A DNA stretch of 38,839 bases. Origin: a virus. Position numbers and translations under genes: made by a program. The stretch is taken from UHGV virus genome UHGV-1367571; one strand, given 5' to 3'. The notes beneath the pieces were generated by a model. That model made no database searches, was not told the origin of the DNA, and worked only from the letters and a program-made list of their open reading frames with translations. Positions 14,919 to 23,364 of this stretch are shown in pieces (within the stretch, counting starts at the first letter, position 1; each line of letters begins with the position of its first letter).

Positions 14919-16654
14919 GTATGTATACACATAAAGTACCTTGGTTACCTAAAGAACACACCGTTATCGATGGATATGAGGACATGGCTAATTTTTACAT
15001 GTTTAAAGATTACGCCGATCTAATCGAGAGCGGTCAACAGCACGTAAGCGAGGACATACACAAGCTATTTACCTATTTATACAAGGTAGTATTAACATTA
15101 GATATTTACTTAGATGTAACTGCAACTGAGGCAGCATATCAAACCCCGAAAAAATATTTTCCACATGATCTTTTCCCTTGGGAGCGCTTTCTAATACCGT
15201 TCATTTTCGGGTTGCGTTTCAAGTCGGACGACACACTGGTATTTAATGAGTACTTTTTATATATGGCACGTGGTGCAGGAAAAAACTACTTTATGAGTTG
15301 GATCATTTTTGCATTAATTACAAATATCAACGGAATCAAAAAATATAATGTAGCTATTTCTAGCGCTAGTGAGCGACAAGCTAAAACATCATATATTGAT
15401 ATTCGAGAAGTAATTAAAGGGAACCCAAAACTTAAAAAGAACTTTCCAACGAGTACTCAGAAAGAAATGAAGTCGGCTAGTACTAACTCAGACTTTAGAT
15501 ACTTATCATCTAACGGTAACACAATGGACGGACAACGGTTAGGGGCTGCTTATCTTGATGAAATTCATGCCATTGTAGATTATGCCAGTTTGCAGGTTAT
15601 GAGGTCAAGTCTAGGTAAGATCCCAGATAAAAGATTATTCATCACGTCAACCGATGGATATACCAGAGGTAAAGTATTAGATGATTATAAAGACAAGTCG
15701 GACGATGTTCTAAATGGTATCCGAGGCGTTCATTTTGATGTAGCCAACCCTAATCATTCTAGGTTATTGCCGTTTATTCATCGAATCGATAACGAGAACG
15801 AGGCACGAACTGAAATAGGTTGGCAAAAAGCAAACCCTAGTATTTTATATAATGCTAACTTAATGCAGACATACAGGGAAGAAGTTGCCGAGATCGATGT
15901 GAACCCAGAATTAAATATTGAGTTCCATCTCAAACGCTTAAATTTTGTTAAAGAGGATACTCGTTTCAGGATCGCCAAAGTATCACAAATAGCAGCAACA
16001 GCGCAACGAGATATTACTTACTATAGGGATACTTTAGGAATGAGGATAGTTGGGGGAACAGTTGACTACTCAACCAGTCGAGATCTAACTACGGTCGGTA
16101 TTGTTGGTAGGTATGAGAATGAGTTCTATTTATTACAGCATTCGTTTATTACTCACGAACAACGACACCTAGGACAGATCAACGAAACATTACTACAAGA
16201 GGCTGAGGCTAGAAATGAGTTGACCGTTGTCAATGGTGAGGTTATCAGTGAGCAGTATGTAGTAAAATGGTTCTTGGAACAATTGGAACAAGGTTGGATA
16301 ATCGATACTATTTATATTGACCAATACAAATCTGCAGTATTAGGAAAAGCATTAGAGGACTCAGGTTTCATCGTTAAGCGGAACCCTACGAATATGAAAT
16401 ATGAAACTATGGTAAGTCCGTTAATCGATAGAATGTTTGCAAATGGTGAAATTTTCGCAGGAGATAGCCCTCTATTCCGTTGGGCGTGTAATAACGTTTA
16501 TAAAGAGGTGTTAAGTCGTGGGGTTCGTTATGATAAAATCGATCCTATTCGCAGAAAAACAGATCCGTTTTCAAGTTTCTTAGCTTATCTAATTGGAACA
16601 GTTGACGTACAAGAAACTCAATTGAGTACTAACTTTACAGGTATGGTAGTTTAA
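14915..16654 (+). CDS. terL: terminase large subunit
   Basis: 579 aa. Walker-A-like ARGAGKN. Nuclease-domain acidic residues in the C-terminal half. Confidence 0.9.
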   Translation: MSMYTHKVPWLPKEHTVIDGYEDMANFYMFKDYADLIESGQQHVSEDIHKLFTYLYKVVLTLDIYLDVTATEAAYQTPKKYFPHDLFPWERFLIPFIFGLRFKSDDTLVFNEYFLYMARGAGKNYFMSWIIFALITNINGIKKYNVAISSASERQAKTSYIDIREVIKGNPKLKKNFPTSTQKEMKSASTNSDFRYLSSNGNTMDGQRLGAAYLDEIHAIVDYASLQVMRSSLGKIPDKRLFITSTDGYTRGKVLDDYKDKSDDVLNGIRGVHFDVANPNHSRLLPFIHRIDNENEARTEIGWQKANPSILYNANLMQTYREEVAEIDVNPELNIEFHLKRLNFVKEDTRFRIAKVSQIAATAQRDITYYRDTLGMRIVGGTVDYSTSRDLTTVGIVGRYENEFYLLQHSFITHEQRHLGQINETLLQEAEARNELTVVNGEVISEQYVVKWFLEQLEQGWIIDTIYIDQYKSAVLGKALEDSGFIVKRNPTNMKYETMVSPLIDRMFANGEIFAGDSPLFRWACNNVYKEVLSRGVRYDKIDPIRRKTDPFSSFLAYLIGTVDVQETQLSTNFTGMVV

Positions 16655-16716
16655 TATTACCATACTTGTTTTTTGATTAATAGATATGATATAATATAAC
16701 CAAAGGAGGTTTTAAC

Positions 16717-17952
16717 GTGGGATTATTAGATTTTTTTAAAGGTTCTAGGGTAGATCGGGGAGTAACCGACCTAGAGGCAATGTGTCAAGACCTAGAGCAA
16801 TCATTAACCTATCGAAAGCTAGCATTAGAAATTGCAATAGATCTAGTCGGAAATAGTGTAGCTAGTGTCGATTGGAAACAATTCGAGAAAGAACAACTAG
16901 TAACGAAACAAATTTCGTATATGCTAAATGTAGCCCCGAATGAGTTAGAATCGAGTAGCGAATTTTTCAAACACTACGTTAAGCGATTGTTATATGATGG
17001 TGAAGTTCTTATAGTTCCAGATCGTACAACAGGACATTTATACGTAGCTGAATCATTCACTAGCGAAACGGTATCAAGATCCAAACGAGAGTTTTATGAC
17101 ATTTCATATTATGATGTTAGTAAGATGGATACTGAACGATATAACCAAGATGAAGTAATTCATATCGAATATAATAAAGACAATATTACTCGATTTATGA
17201 ACAGCTTTTTAAATGAGTATGAATTACTAGTTAAGTCTGCGGTAAGTTCGTATAGATCCAACAAAACTCGGCGATTCACTCTTTCTAGTAATATGTTCCA
17301 ATCGCAAACAAGCGAAACACAGCAGGAAATGAACGACATGTTCACAAGACAATTGTCTAAATTCGCCTCTAGCGACACAACAGCAAGTGTTTATGCAAAA
17401 GGTACTAACTGGGATATTCAAGATATGAGTGATAAACAGATTGAAAGTGCTAAAGATAGTCGGGATCTTATTAACGATGTTTTCGCAGTCGTAGCACAGA
17501 CTTATCATATTCCAGTACAAATGATTTTAACAGGTATCACTGGAACAGGTGCAGGAATCACAGATAAGGTAGTAGAAAATTACTTACTAAATATCGTGTA
17601 TCCAGTAGTAGCATTATTTCAAGAGGGCTTTAATCAATACAATTACTCTATTGCTCAATATAAAGGCGGAAATAGGATAGTTGCAGATAAGTCAAAAGTA
17701 CGCCTAGCAAACATGCAAACATTAGGTACATTTATCGCCTCAGTTTTCCCTACTGGTGCTTTATCATTAAACGATATTGTTACCGAGTATTTACAACTAC
17801 CACCATTACCAGATGAGATCGGCGATACACGTGTAATAACCAAGAACTATGCAACAATTGAGGACTTTAAAAACGGATTAACCGCAACAGTCCCACCAGT
17901 TCAAAACGGCGAAACAACAGCTGTTACAAATAACGATAAAGGAGATAACTAA
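16717..17952 (+). CDS. portal protein
   Basis: 411 aa. GTG start with RBS AAGGAGG, directly after terL. Confidence 0.75.
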   Translation: MGLLDFFKGSRVDRGVTDLEAMCQDLEQSLTYRKLALEIAIDLVGNSVASVDWKQFEKEQLVTKQISYMLNVAPNELESSSEFFKHYVKRLLYDGEVLIVPDRTTGHLYVAESFTSETVSRSKREFYDISYYDVSKMDTERYNQDEVIHIEYNKDNITRFMNSFLNEYELLVKSAVSSYRSNKTRRFTLSSNMFQSQTSETQQEMNDMFTRQLSKFASSDTTASVYAKGTNWDIQDMSDKQIESAKDSRDLINDVFAVVAQTYHIPVQMILTGITGTGAGITDKVVENYLLNIVYPVVALFQEGFNQYNYSIAQYKGGNRIVADKSKVRLANMQTLGTFIASVFPTGALSLNDIVTEYLQLPPLPDEIGDTRVITKNYATIEDFKNGLTATVPPVQNGETTAVTNNDKGDN

Positions 17953-17954
17953 CT

Positions 17955-18623
17955 ATGGCACATGTATTACATTTAAACGGTTTTGTAGGTCAGATCATGG
18001 ATCTATGGACTGATGAGGTTATGAGCGCCACATATAACGGTATGAAGAAAAACCTAGAGGGACATTCTGGGGAGGATATTGAACTTCATATTAATTCAAA
18101 AGGTGGCGATGTTTTTGAGGGTATGGCAATGCTAGGACTCTTAAAAGAACAGACAGGCGAAAAGGTAGCCCTAGTTCAAGGGATCTGCGCAAGCGCTGCC
18201 ACATTACCACTATTTGCAATGGATAAGATCAAGGCACAAGAAACAAGTATGTTTTTATTCCATAAGTCGGCTACGATGGCTTTCGGACATTCCGAGGACT
18301 TAGAAAAGCAAGCGCAGGAACTCAAAACAATTGATAAAGTGGTACTTGACTTATACAAAAAGAAATTTAAAGGATCGGATGAGGAATTAACAGCGTTATT
18401 AGAGGCTGATAAATTGATTAGTGCTAAAGAGGCATTAGAGTATGGTTTAATTGATGAAATTATTCCAGATCTACCTGATAAAGATCCAGAAAACGAACCA
18501 GATCCAGATGAGGATAACGATCCTAGTGTTGAGGACGTGAGCAACGAAAGCGCAACAATGGCAAGCGAAAATGCGGATCGTGTCTTAATGTGGGCTAACG
18601 TATTGAACGGGTTTAAAGCGTAA
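17955..18623 (+). CDS. ClpP-like (S14) prohead protease with acidic scaffold-like tail
   Basis: INSKGGDVFEG, GICASAA and FHKSAT motifs resembling the ClpP catalytic regions. Confidence 0.75.
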   Translation: MAHVLHLNGFVGQIMDLWTDEVMSATYNGMKKNLEGHSGEDIELHINSKGGDVFEGMAMLGLLKEQTGEKVALVQGICASAATLPLFAMDKIKAQETSMFLFHKSATMAFGHSEDLEKQAQELKTIDKVVLDLYKKKFKGSDEELTALLEADKLISAKEALEYGLIDEIIPDLPDKDPENEPDPDEDNDPSVEDVSNESATMASENADRVLMWANVLNGFKA

Positions 18624-18624
18624 C

Positions 18625-18654
18625 TTGCTTTTTACCTTTTCGATATGCTATAAT
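18625..18654 (+). promoter_or_regulatory. promoter TTGCTT-18-TGcTATAAT
   Basis: Same TAACTTGCTTTT -35 module as at 21715. Confidence 0.5.
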
Positions 18655-18697
18655 TATTTTAGTAATAAAAATAAAACAAAACAAAGGAGTTTATAAT

Positions 18698-19810
18698 ATG
18701 TCAAAATTAGATGAGCAAACTAAGTTACAAGATGTCTTAATGAATAAAGAGGCTACTAATGAACAAATCACTTCTGCTATGGAAGCGTTTACATTATCAG
18801 TACAAGATCGAGTGTTAGCTAAAGCAAAAGAAGTTAGTAACGATCAAGCGGTACAAGCTGCATTAGGCGGTATTCAAATGGACTCCCACGAACGTAAATT
18901 CATTATGGAATTAATCGGAACAGCAGGCGAGGACGTAGGTAAAAACGCAGCGGCAACAGTGCCACCAACTACCATCAACCGTGTAATGGATAACCTAGTT
19001 AAGAACCACGATTTAATTAAAGCAGTTGATGTTATTAACGGTGGTTTGACAACGGAGTTTATTTACTCAATCGGTGTTAATACTGCTTTCTGGGGTGCTT
19101 TATGTGCTGAGGTTAAAGAGTTAGCTGATAAAGGGTTCCGTAAAATGTCAATCGGTCAATTGAAATTAAGTGCATATATTCCAGTATGTAAGGCATTTAT
19201 CGATTTAAATAGTCCAGAGTGGTTATTAAACTATGTCGTTACTATTTTATCTGAATCTATCGCTATTGCATTAGAACAAGCTATCGTAGATGGTACTGGT
19301 AAAGAAATGCCTATCGGAATGCGCCGTTCTTTAGTAAATGCTAGTGCAGGTGAGCAAACTCCATTGGATCCAACTGAGATCGCTGATTTTTCACCTGAGG
19401 AATTAGGTAAGTTAATGGCTATGTTAACTAAACCAACTATTGACACAACGAACAGCATTGTTTTAGATCGTACAGTAAACCCTGCGGACATTATGATCTT
19501 AATGAACCCAACTACTTACTGGACTAAGTTCTATCCTAATTATACAGTGCAAAACGCTTTAGGTCAATACGTATCAGGTTTAGCTTTACCATTCCAAATC
19601 AAACAATCTACGGCAGTTCCAGAAGATGAATTTATCATCGGAAACCCTAAAGATTACTTGTTTGTATTAGGTAAAGGCGCTACCTTAGGTTTCTCTGACG
19701 AACACCGTTATATCCAAGATGAACGTGTTTACATGAGCAAAATGTACGGTAACGGAACACCTAAAGGAGAAAACTTATTCATTCGTGCAACTTTAAAAGC
19801 ACAAGCATAA
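18698..19810 (+). CDS. major capsid protein
   Basis: 370 aa following the protease. RBS AAAGGAG. Confidence 0.75.
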   Translation: MSKLDEQTKLQDVLMNKEATNEQITSAMEAFTLSVQDRVLAKAKEVSNDQAVQAALGGIQMDSHERKFIMELIGTAGEDVGKNAAATVPPTTINRVMDNLVKNHDLIKAVDVINGGLTTEFIYSIGVNTAFWGALCAEVKELADKGFRKMSIGQLKLSAYIPVCKAFIDLNSPEWLLNYVVTILSESIAIALEQAIVDGTGKEMPIGMRRSLVNASAGEQTPLDPTEIADFSPEELGKLMAMLTKPTIDTTNSIVLDRTVNPADIMILMNPTTYWTKFYPNYTVQNALGQYVSGLALPFQIKQSTAVPEDEFIIGNPKDYLFVLGKGATLGFSDEHRYIQDERVYMSKMYGNGTPKGENLFIRATLKAQA

Positions 19811-19816
19811 TAGAAT

Positions 19817-19841
19817 AGGGGGCTAACAAGCTCCCTTTTTT
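19817..19841 (+). terminator. rho-independent terminator after the capsid gene
   Basis: AGGGGGCT/AGCTCCCT stem followed by T6. Confidence 0.6.
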
Positions 19842-19871
19842 ATTTAAATAAATTATAAAGGAGGCAATAAT

Positions 19872-20075
19872 ATGCCACGAGTTAATATGGGAAAATCGTT
19901 TATTGTATCAACCGATGATATTCAAGGTGGCGGTTTAGATACCGCAGCAGTACAAGCTTTAATTGATAAAGCAATTGTTAACTTAGCAACTAAGACAGAG
20001 CTATCTACAAAGGCGAATGCTACCGATGTATATACTAAGACAGAGGCTGACGCAAAATTTCAACCTAAAGCATAA
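19872..20075 (+). CDS. small structural protein (67 aa)
   Basis: RBS AAAGGAGG. Flanked by duplicated terminator-promoter cassettes. Confidence 0.5.
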   Translation: MPRVNMGKSFIVSTDDIQGGGLDTAAVQALIDKAIVNLATKTELSTKANATDVYTKTEADAKFQPKA

Positions 20076-20141
20076 TAGTAAGGGGGCGCTTGTAATGAGT
20101 GTCCCTTTTGTGCTATAATAAATTATAAAGGAGGTAACACT

Positions 20142-20453
20142 ATGAACGATGAAATTATTAAAGCATTGCTAGAGGCTGTTAAAGATGAATCTGGTGTTTT
20201 CTGGAATGAGGACGATCCACGGCTTACTCGTTATATTAAAGGTGCTTATAAATGGGCTATCCATTTTAATGATAATGTAGATATTGAGATCACCGAGGAC
20301 TCTTTAGCGTTTGAGTTAATTACTCAGCGAGCGAGATACCAGTATAATAATGCCTTAGATTTATTCGAGGATAATTATCAACAATTATTAAACAAGTTTA
20401 TCGTAACACTAGCACTTGAAAAGGAGGCGGTAATAAATGCCACTACCTCATGA
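20142..20453 (+). CDS. head-tail connector (gp6-like)
   Basis: Size, position and overall similarity to the family, from memory. Confidence 0.55.
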   Translation: MNDEIIKALLEAVKDESGVFWNEDDPRLTRYIKGAYKWAIHFNDNVDIEITEDSLAFELITQRARYQYNNALDLFEDNYQQLLNKFIVTLALEKEAVINATTS

Positions 20454-20820
20454 AAAACCGAACTTACACCGAGCTAGAGTTAATGGTTATTTACAACTAG
20501 GAAACCAAAAACCAGTTTATAATGAGAATCGTAGGTTAATCGGTAAAAAGTTCGTTCCTAAATATGGCAGGGTACCTTTTTTAGCAGCTTCATTAACTGG
20601 GGCTGATCTATCTTTATTAGGGAACGTAACTATATCTCAGATAAGTAAGAAGGTAGATATTGCATATAGTGCAAAAATTGAAAGCGAGGCAGAAAACACA
20701 TTACTAGTTTTATATAATGGAGTTGTATATGATATTGTTTCAACTGATCGTTATCAAGATCGATTATATTTATACCTAGTAACAACGGACGATAAGGGAG
20801 GAAACATTGATGGCGAATAA
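20437..20820 (+). CDS. head closure or head-tail adaptor protein
   Basis: Gene order and size. Confidence 0.5.
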   Translation: MPLPHEKPNLHRARVNGYLQLGNQKPVYNENRRLIGKKFVPKYGRVPFLAASLTGADLSLLGNVTISQISKKVDIAYSAKIESEAENTLLVLYNGVVYDIVSTDRYQDRLYLYLVTTDDKGGNIDGE

Positions 20821-21268
20821 TTTAATTAGAAATACTGTTAAAATGTCGGCTAAACGCCTAAACGAGGGAACAGTAAAGTTTGCTAGTTTAATTGAGGAAA
20901 ACTTTGAGGGCGTTAACGTATATGTGGATCAAGTACTAGAGGGAGAGGAGTCTAATGATACCCTAATCTCAATGGACGAACAAGGAAACATTATACTAGG
21001 TTCCAGTGACGATTTCATGGTTATCGAATCAGGTGACTTTTTCCCACAGAACACTAATGATAAATGCCACGCCCAAGAACAGACTACAGTTACTTTTGTA
21101 TCCAATAACCGACCTGATATTATAGAGGATAACTTGACACTTATTAAGATCGGGCTAACTTGTAATATGAGATTGGATAGTATTAGTAAAGTGATCCAAC
21201 AATTAGGTAATACTGCACAACAGATCACAATTGTAACGGCAACGTTTAGCAGATTGGCACAGGTTTAG
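20807..21268 (+). CDS. tail-completion or neck protein
   Basis: Gene order. Confidence 0.45.
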   Translation: MMANNLIRNTVKMSAKRLNEGTVKFASLIEENFEGVNVYVDQVLEGEESNDTLISMDEQGNIILGSSDDFMVIESGDFFPQNTNDKCHAQEQTTVTFVSNNRPDIIEDNLTLIKIGLTCNMRLDSISKVIQQLGNTAQQITIVTATFSRLAQV

Positions 21269-21279
21269 GGAGGGATAAA

Positions 21280-21717
21280 ATGGCAATATTCGTTAAGAAC
21301 GTGGATAAGGTTAAGGCTGAGGTTTACGGCTATCCTAAGAAGTTTACTAAAGAAGTTCGGCAAGTAATGAATACAACTGGTTTTGAAACCATTAAAAAAG
21401 AGGTTCAATCAAGGATCCCAGTATCCAAAGGTAACAAGAACAGAAAACCTAGTAAGTCTAATACAAAATCGAAACAACATGCTAGGGAGGCTAAAGTAAT
21501 ACGTAAAGCAGGATTGCAAGGTAAACGTGATTATAGGATAGTTGGTTTTTACCTAACATTTTATAAAAACTTTTGGTATCTAAAATTCCCGAATGAAGGG
21601 ACAGGACAAGCTAGGGGAAATAGACCAGTTAAGTTCTTAGAAAAAGGCGCCCTAGCCGCTAGAAAGCCGATCCAACAACAAGTAAATAGAGCGATAAAAA
21701 ATTCTCGTATTCGTTAA
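21280..21717 (+). CDS. tail terminator-like protein
   Basis: Gene order. Confidence 0.45.
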   Translation: MAIFVKNVDKVKAEVYGYPKKFTKEVRQVMNTTGFETIKKEVQSRIPVSKGNKNRKPSKSNTKSKQHAREAKVIRKAGLQGKRDYRIVGFYLTFYKNFWYLKFPNEGTGQARGNRPVKFLEKGALAARKPIQQQVNRAIKNSRIR

Positions 21718-21718
21718 C

Positions 21719-21748
21719 TTGCTTTTGTAAGCGCTTACATGGTATAAT
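21719..21748 (+). promoter_or_regulatory. late promoter TTGCTT-18-TGgTATAAT with the perfect palindrome GTAAGCGCTTAC (21727..21738) in the spacer
   Basis: Extended -10 and palindrome. Confidence 0.6.
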
Positions 21749-21790
21749 GTTTATAGTAATAAAAAATAAATTATAAAGGAGTTTTTTAAT

Positions 21791-22615
21791 ATGGCAAATG
21801 CACCAATCCAATTCGATAGTGTTGACATCGGCACGATCGGTTTTAAATTTGAAGGCGATGAAACAACCGTGGCAAGTGATTGTAATGGTACTTTATCAGT
21901 TGAAACAGAAGTACAGGAAGTACAGAAAAAATGTGGCGCTACAGTAGTGGCTTCTATTTCTAAACCTACTGAAATGACAATTACAATCGAGGCACATTTA
22001 CCAGTAGAGGTATTCCGCCGTGTACAAGGTATTAAACCGATGGCAGAATTAAAAGAAGGCGTTTACGCTTATGGTGGTAAGTCTGCAGGTGAAAAATTCA
22101 CATTAACAGCTGAGATCTTAGACTTATTCACAGGTGAAAGTAAATTAATTGCATTCCCTAAAGCTGCTATTAACACAGGATTAACTTTCTCAATTGAGGC
22201 AGGAGCTGACGAATTAGCATATGTGGAAATTGAAACCAAAGCCTATCAAGATGAGTTAGGTAACTGGTACTATGAAGCATTCCCAACTGAGGCAACTGAC
22301 GTTAATAAAGTGGAATGGTTAACTAACTTCACTGAGGCGACTGTAAAAAAGTCTGATCCAACCAAAACGACAGATATTACACTAGATAAAAGTACGGTAT
22401 CCGTGGCGGTTGGTGCTGATGTGGTGGTAAATGCTACTTTAGTTCCGTCAACAAGTACAGAACCAGTTACAGCAACATCTAAGGCGGTAGCAACGGCAAC
22501 AGCAAGCGTAGCACAAAAAGCAGTAACTATTCACGGTGTTAAAGCAGGATCCACTACAGTAGACATTACAAGCGGTAAGATCACTAAAACAGTAACCGTT
22601 ACAGTAACAGAATAG
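21791..22615 (+). CDS. major tail protein with C-terminal Big_2 Ig-like domain
   Basis: The C-terminal region (ITLDKSTVSV..VKAGSTTVDITSG..TVTVTVTE) matches Big_2. Confidence 0.75.
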   Translation: MANAPIQFDSVDIGTIGFKFEGDETTVASDCNGTLSVETEVQEVQKKCGATVVASISKPTEMTITIEAHLPVEVFRRVQGIKPMAELKEGVYAYGGKSAGEKFTLTAEILDLFTGESKLIAFPKAAINTGLTFSIEAGADELAYVEIETKAYQDELGNWYYEAFPTEATDVNKVEWLTNFTEATVKKSDPTKTTDITLDKSTVSVAVGADVVVNATLVPSTSTEPVTATSKAVATATASVAQKAVTIHGVKAGSTTVDITSGKITKTVTVTVTE

Positions 22616-22627
22616 TATAAAAACACA

Positions 22628-22657
22628 CTTGACTTTAATTAGTTAGGTGTGTTATAC
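22628..22657 (+). promoter_or_regulatory. promoter TTGACT-18-TGtTATACT flanked by AACACAC/GTGTGTT inverted repeats
   Basis: Near consensus. Confidence 0.6.
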
Positions 22658-22695
22658 TATATTAGTAAATACAAATAAAACAAATAGAAAGAGGT

Positions 22696-23076
22696 ATGGA
22701 TATGAAAAACGTAAGTCAATTAACATTATTAGATGGAGAAGTAGTACCAATTCAATTAGGTTACAACCCTCGTAAATGTATGATGATCGCCCGAGATTTT
22801 CCAGAAGTAAATAAGATCTTTTCTTTTTCAATGAAGGGTAACGATGTGCAAACAATCGAATTTGCAACTTTAGCAGGAGCTGTTTATGTGGCATATCGAC
22901 AAGCAAACATGCAAAATTATTTAACGTTTGACCAATTTTTTGATGAAGAACACGGCTACGATTTCGACATGAAAGAGGCAAGTCAAATTTATACTGCTAT
23001 GTTAGATCAAAAAGCAGCCGACAAATATATTAAAGAAGTTCAAAAATTAGCAGGTAAACCAAAAAAGGGAAAGTAA
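22696..23076 (+). CDS. tail assembly chaperone (G-like)
   Basis: Immediately upstream of the tape measure. Ends just after the slippery site. Confidence 0.7.
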   Translation: MDMKNVSQLTLLDGEVVPIQLGYNPRKCMMIARDFPEVNKIFSFSMKGNDVQTIEFATLAGAVYVAYRQANMQNYLTFDQFFDEEHGYDFDMKEASQIYTAMLDQKAADKYIKEVQKLAGKPKKGK

Positions 23077-23261
23077 ATTTCAGAATGCCTGAGGCTGATA
23101 GCGTATTAGGTTGGATCGCCCAAATGAGAGATTATAATAACGTACCAGATATATGGTTATTAGATGAAGAAATAACAGCAGGGGAGATTATCTATATTGC
23201 TTTAGCTCACGGCGCCTATAAAGGATATGAAAACAAGATCCGAGAAAAACTGAATAAATGA
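22696..23261 (+). CDS. tail assembly chaperone GT-like product made by a -1 frameshift at A_AAA_AAG (23061..23067)
   Basis: The -1 frame is open from 23058 to 23261 and encodes ..MPEADSVLGWIAQMRDYNNVPDIWLLDEEITAGEIIYIALAHGAYKGYENKIREKLNK. Heptamer identical to the E. coli dnaX slippery site. Confidence 0.6.
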
Positions 23262-23267
23262 TTACAG

Positions 23268-23296
23268 CGCTCTTAATTAAGTTTAAGGGCGTTTTT
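23268..23296 (+). terminator. terminator-like hairpin CGCTCTT/AAGGGCG followed by T5
   Basis: Hairpin plus T-run. Confidence 0.45.
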
Positions 23297-23304
23297 GTAT
23301 GGAG

Positions 23305-23334
23305 TTGTGTAAGCGCTTACATTTATGGTATAAT
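23305..23334 (+). promoter_or_regulatory. late promoter TTGTGT-18-TGgTATAAT with GTAAGCGCTTAC (23309..23320) in the spacer
   Basis: Extended -10 and palindrome. Confidence 0.6.
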
Positions 23335-23364
23335 AAATATAGTAATTAATAAGGAGTTGAGAAA

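Noticed and set aside
17160-19491. Minus-strand ORFs inside the portal, protease and capsid genes
   Set aside because: Antisense to strongly supported structural genes.
22652-22981. Minus-strand 109-aa ORF
   Set aside because: Overlaps the consensus plus-strand promoter and the chaperone gene.
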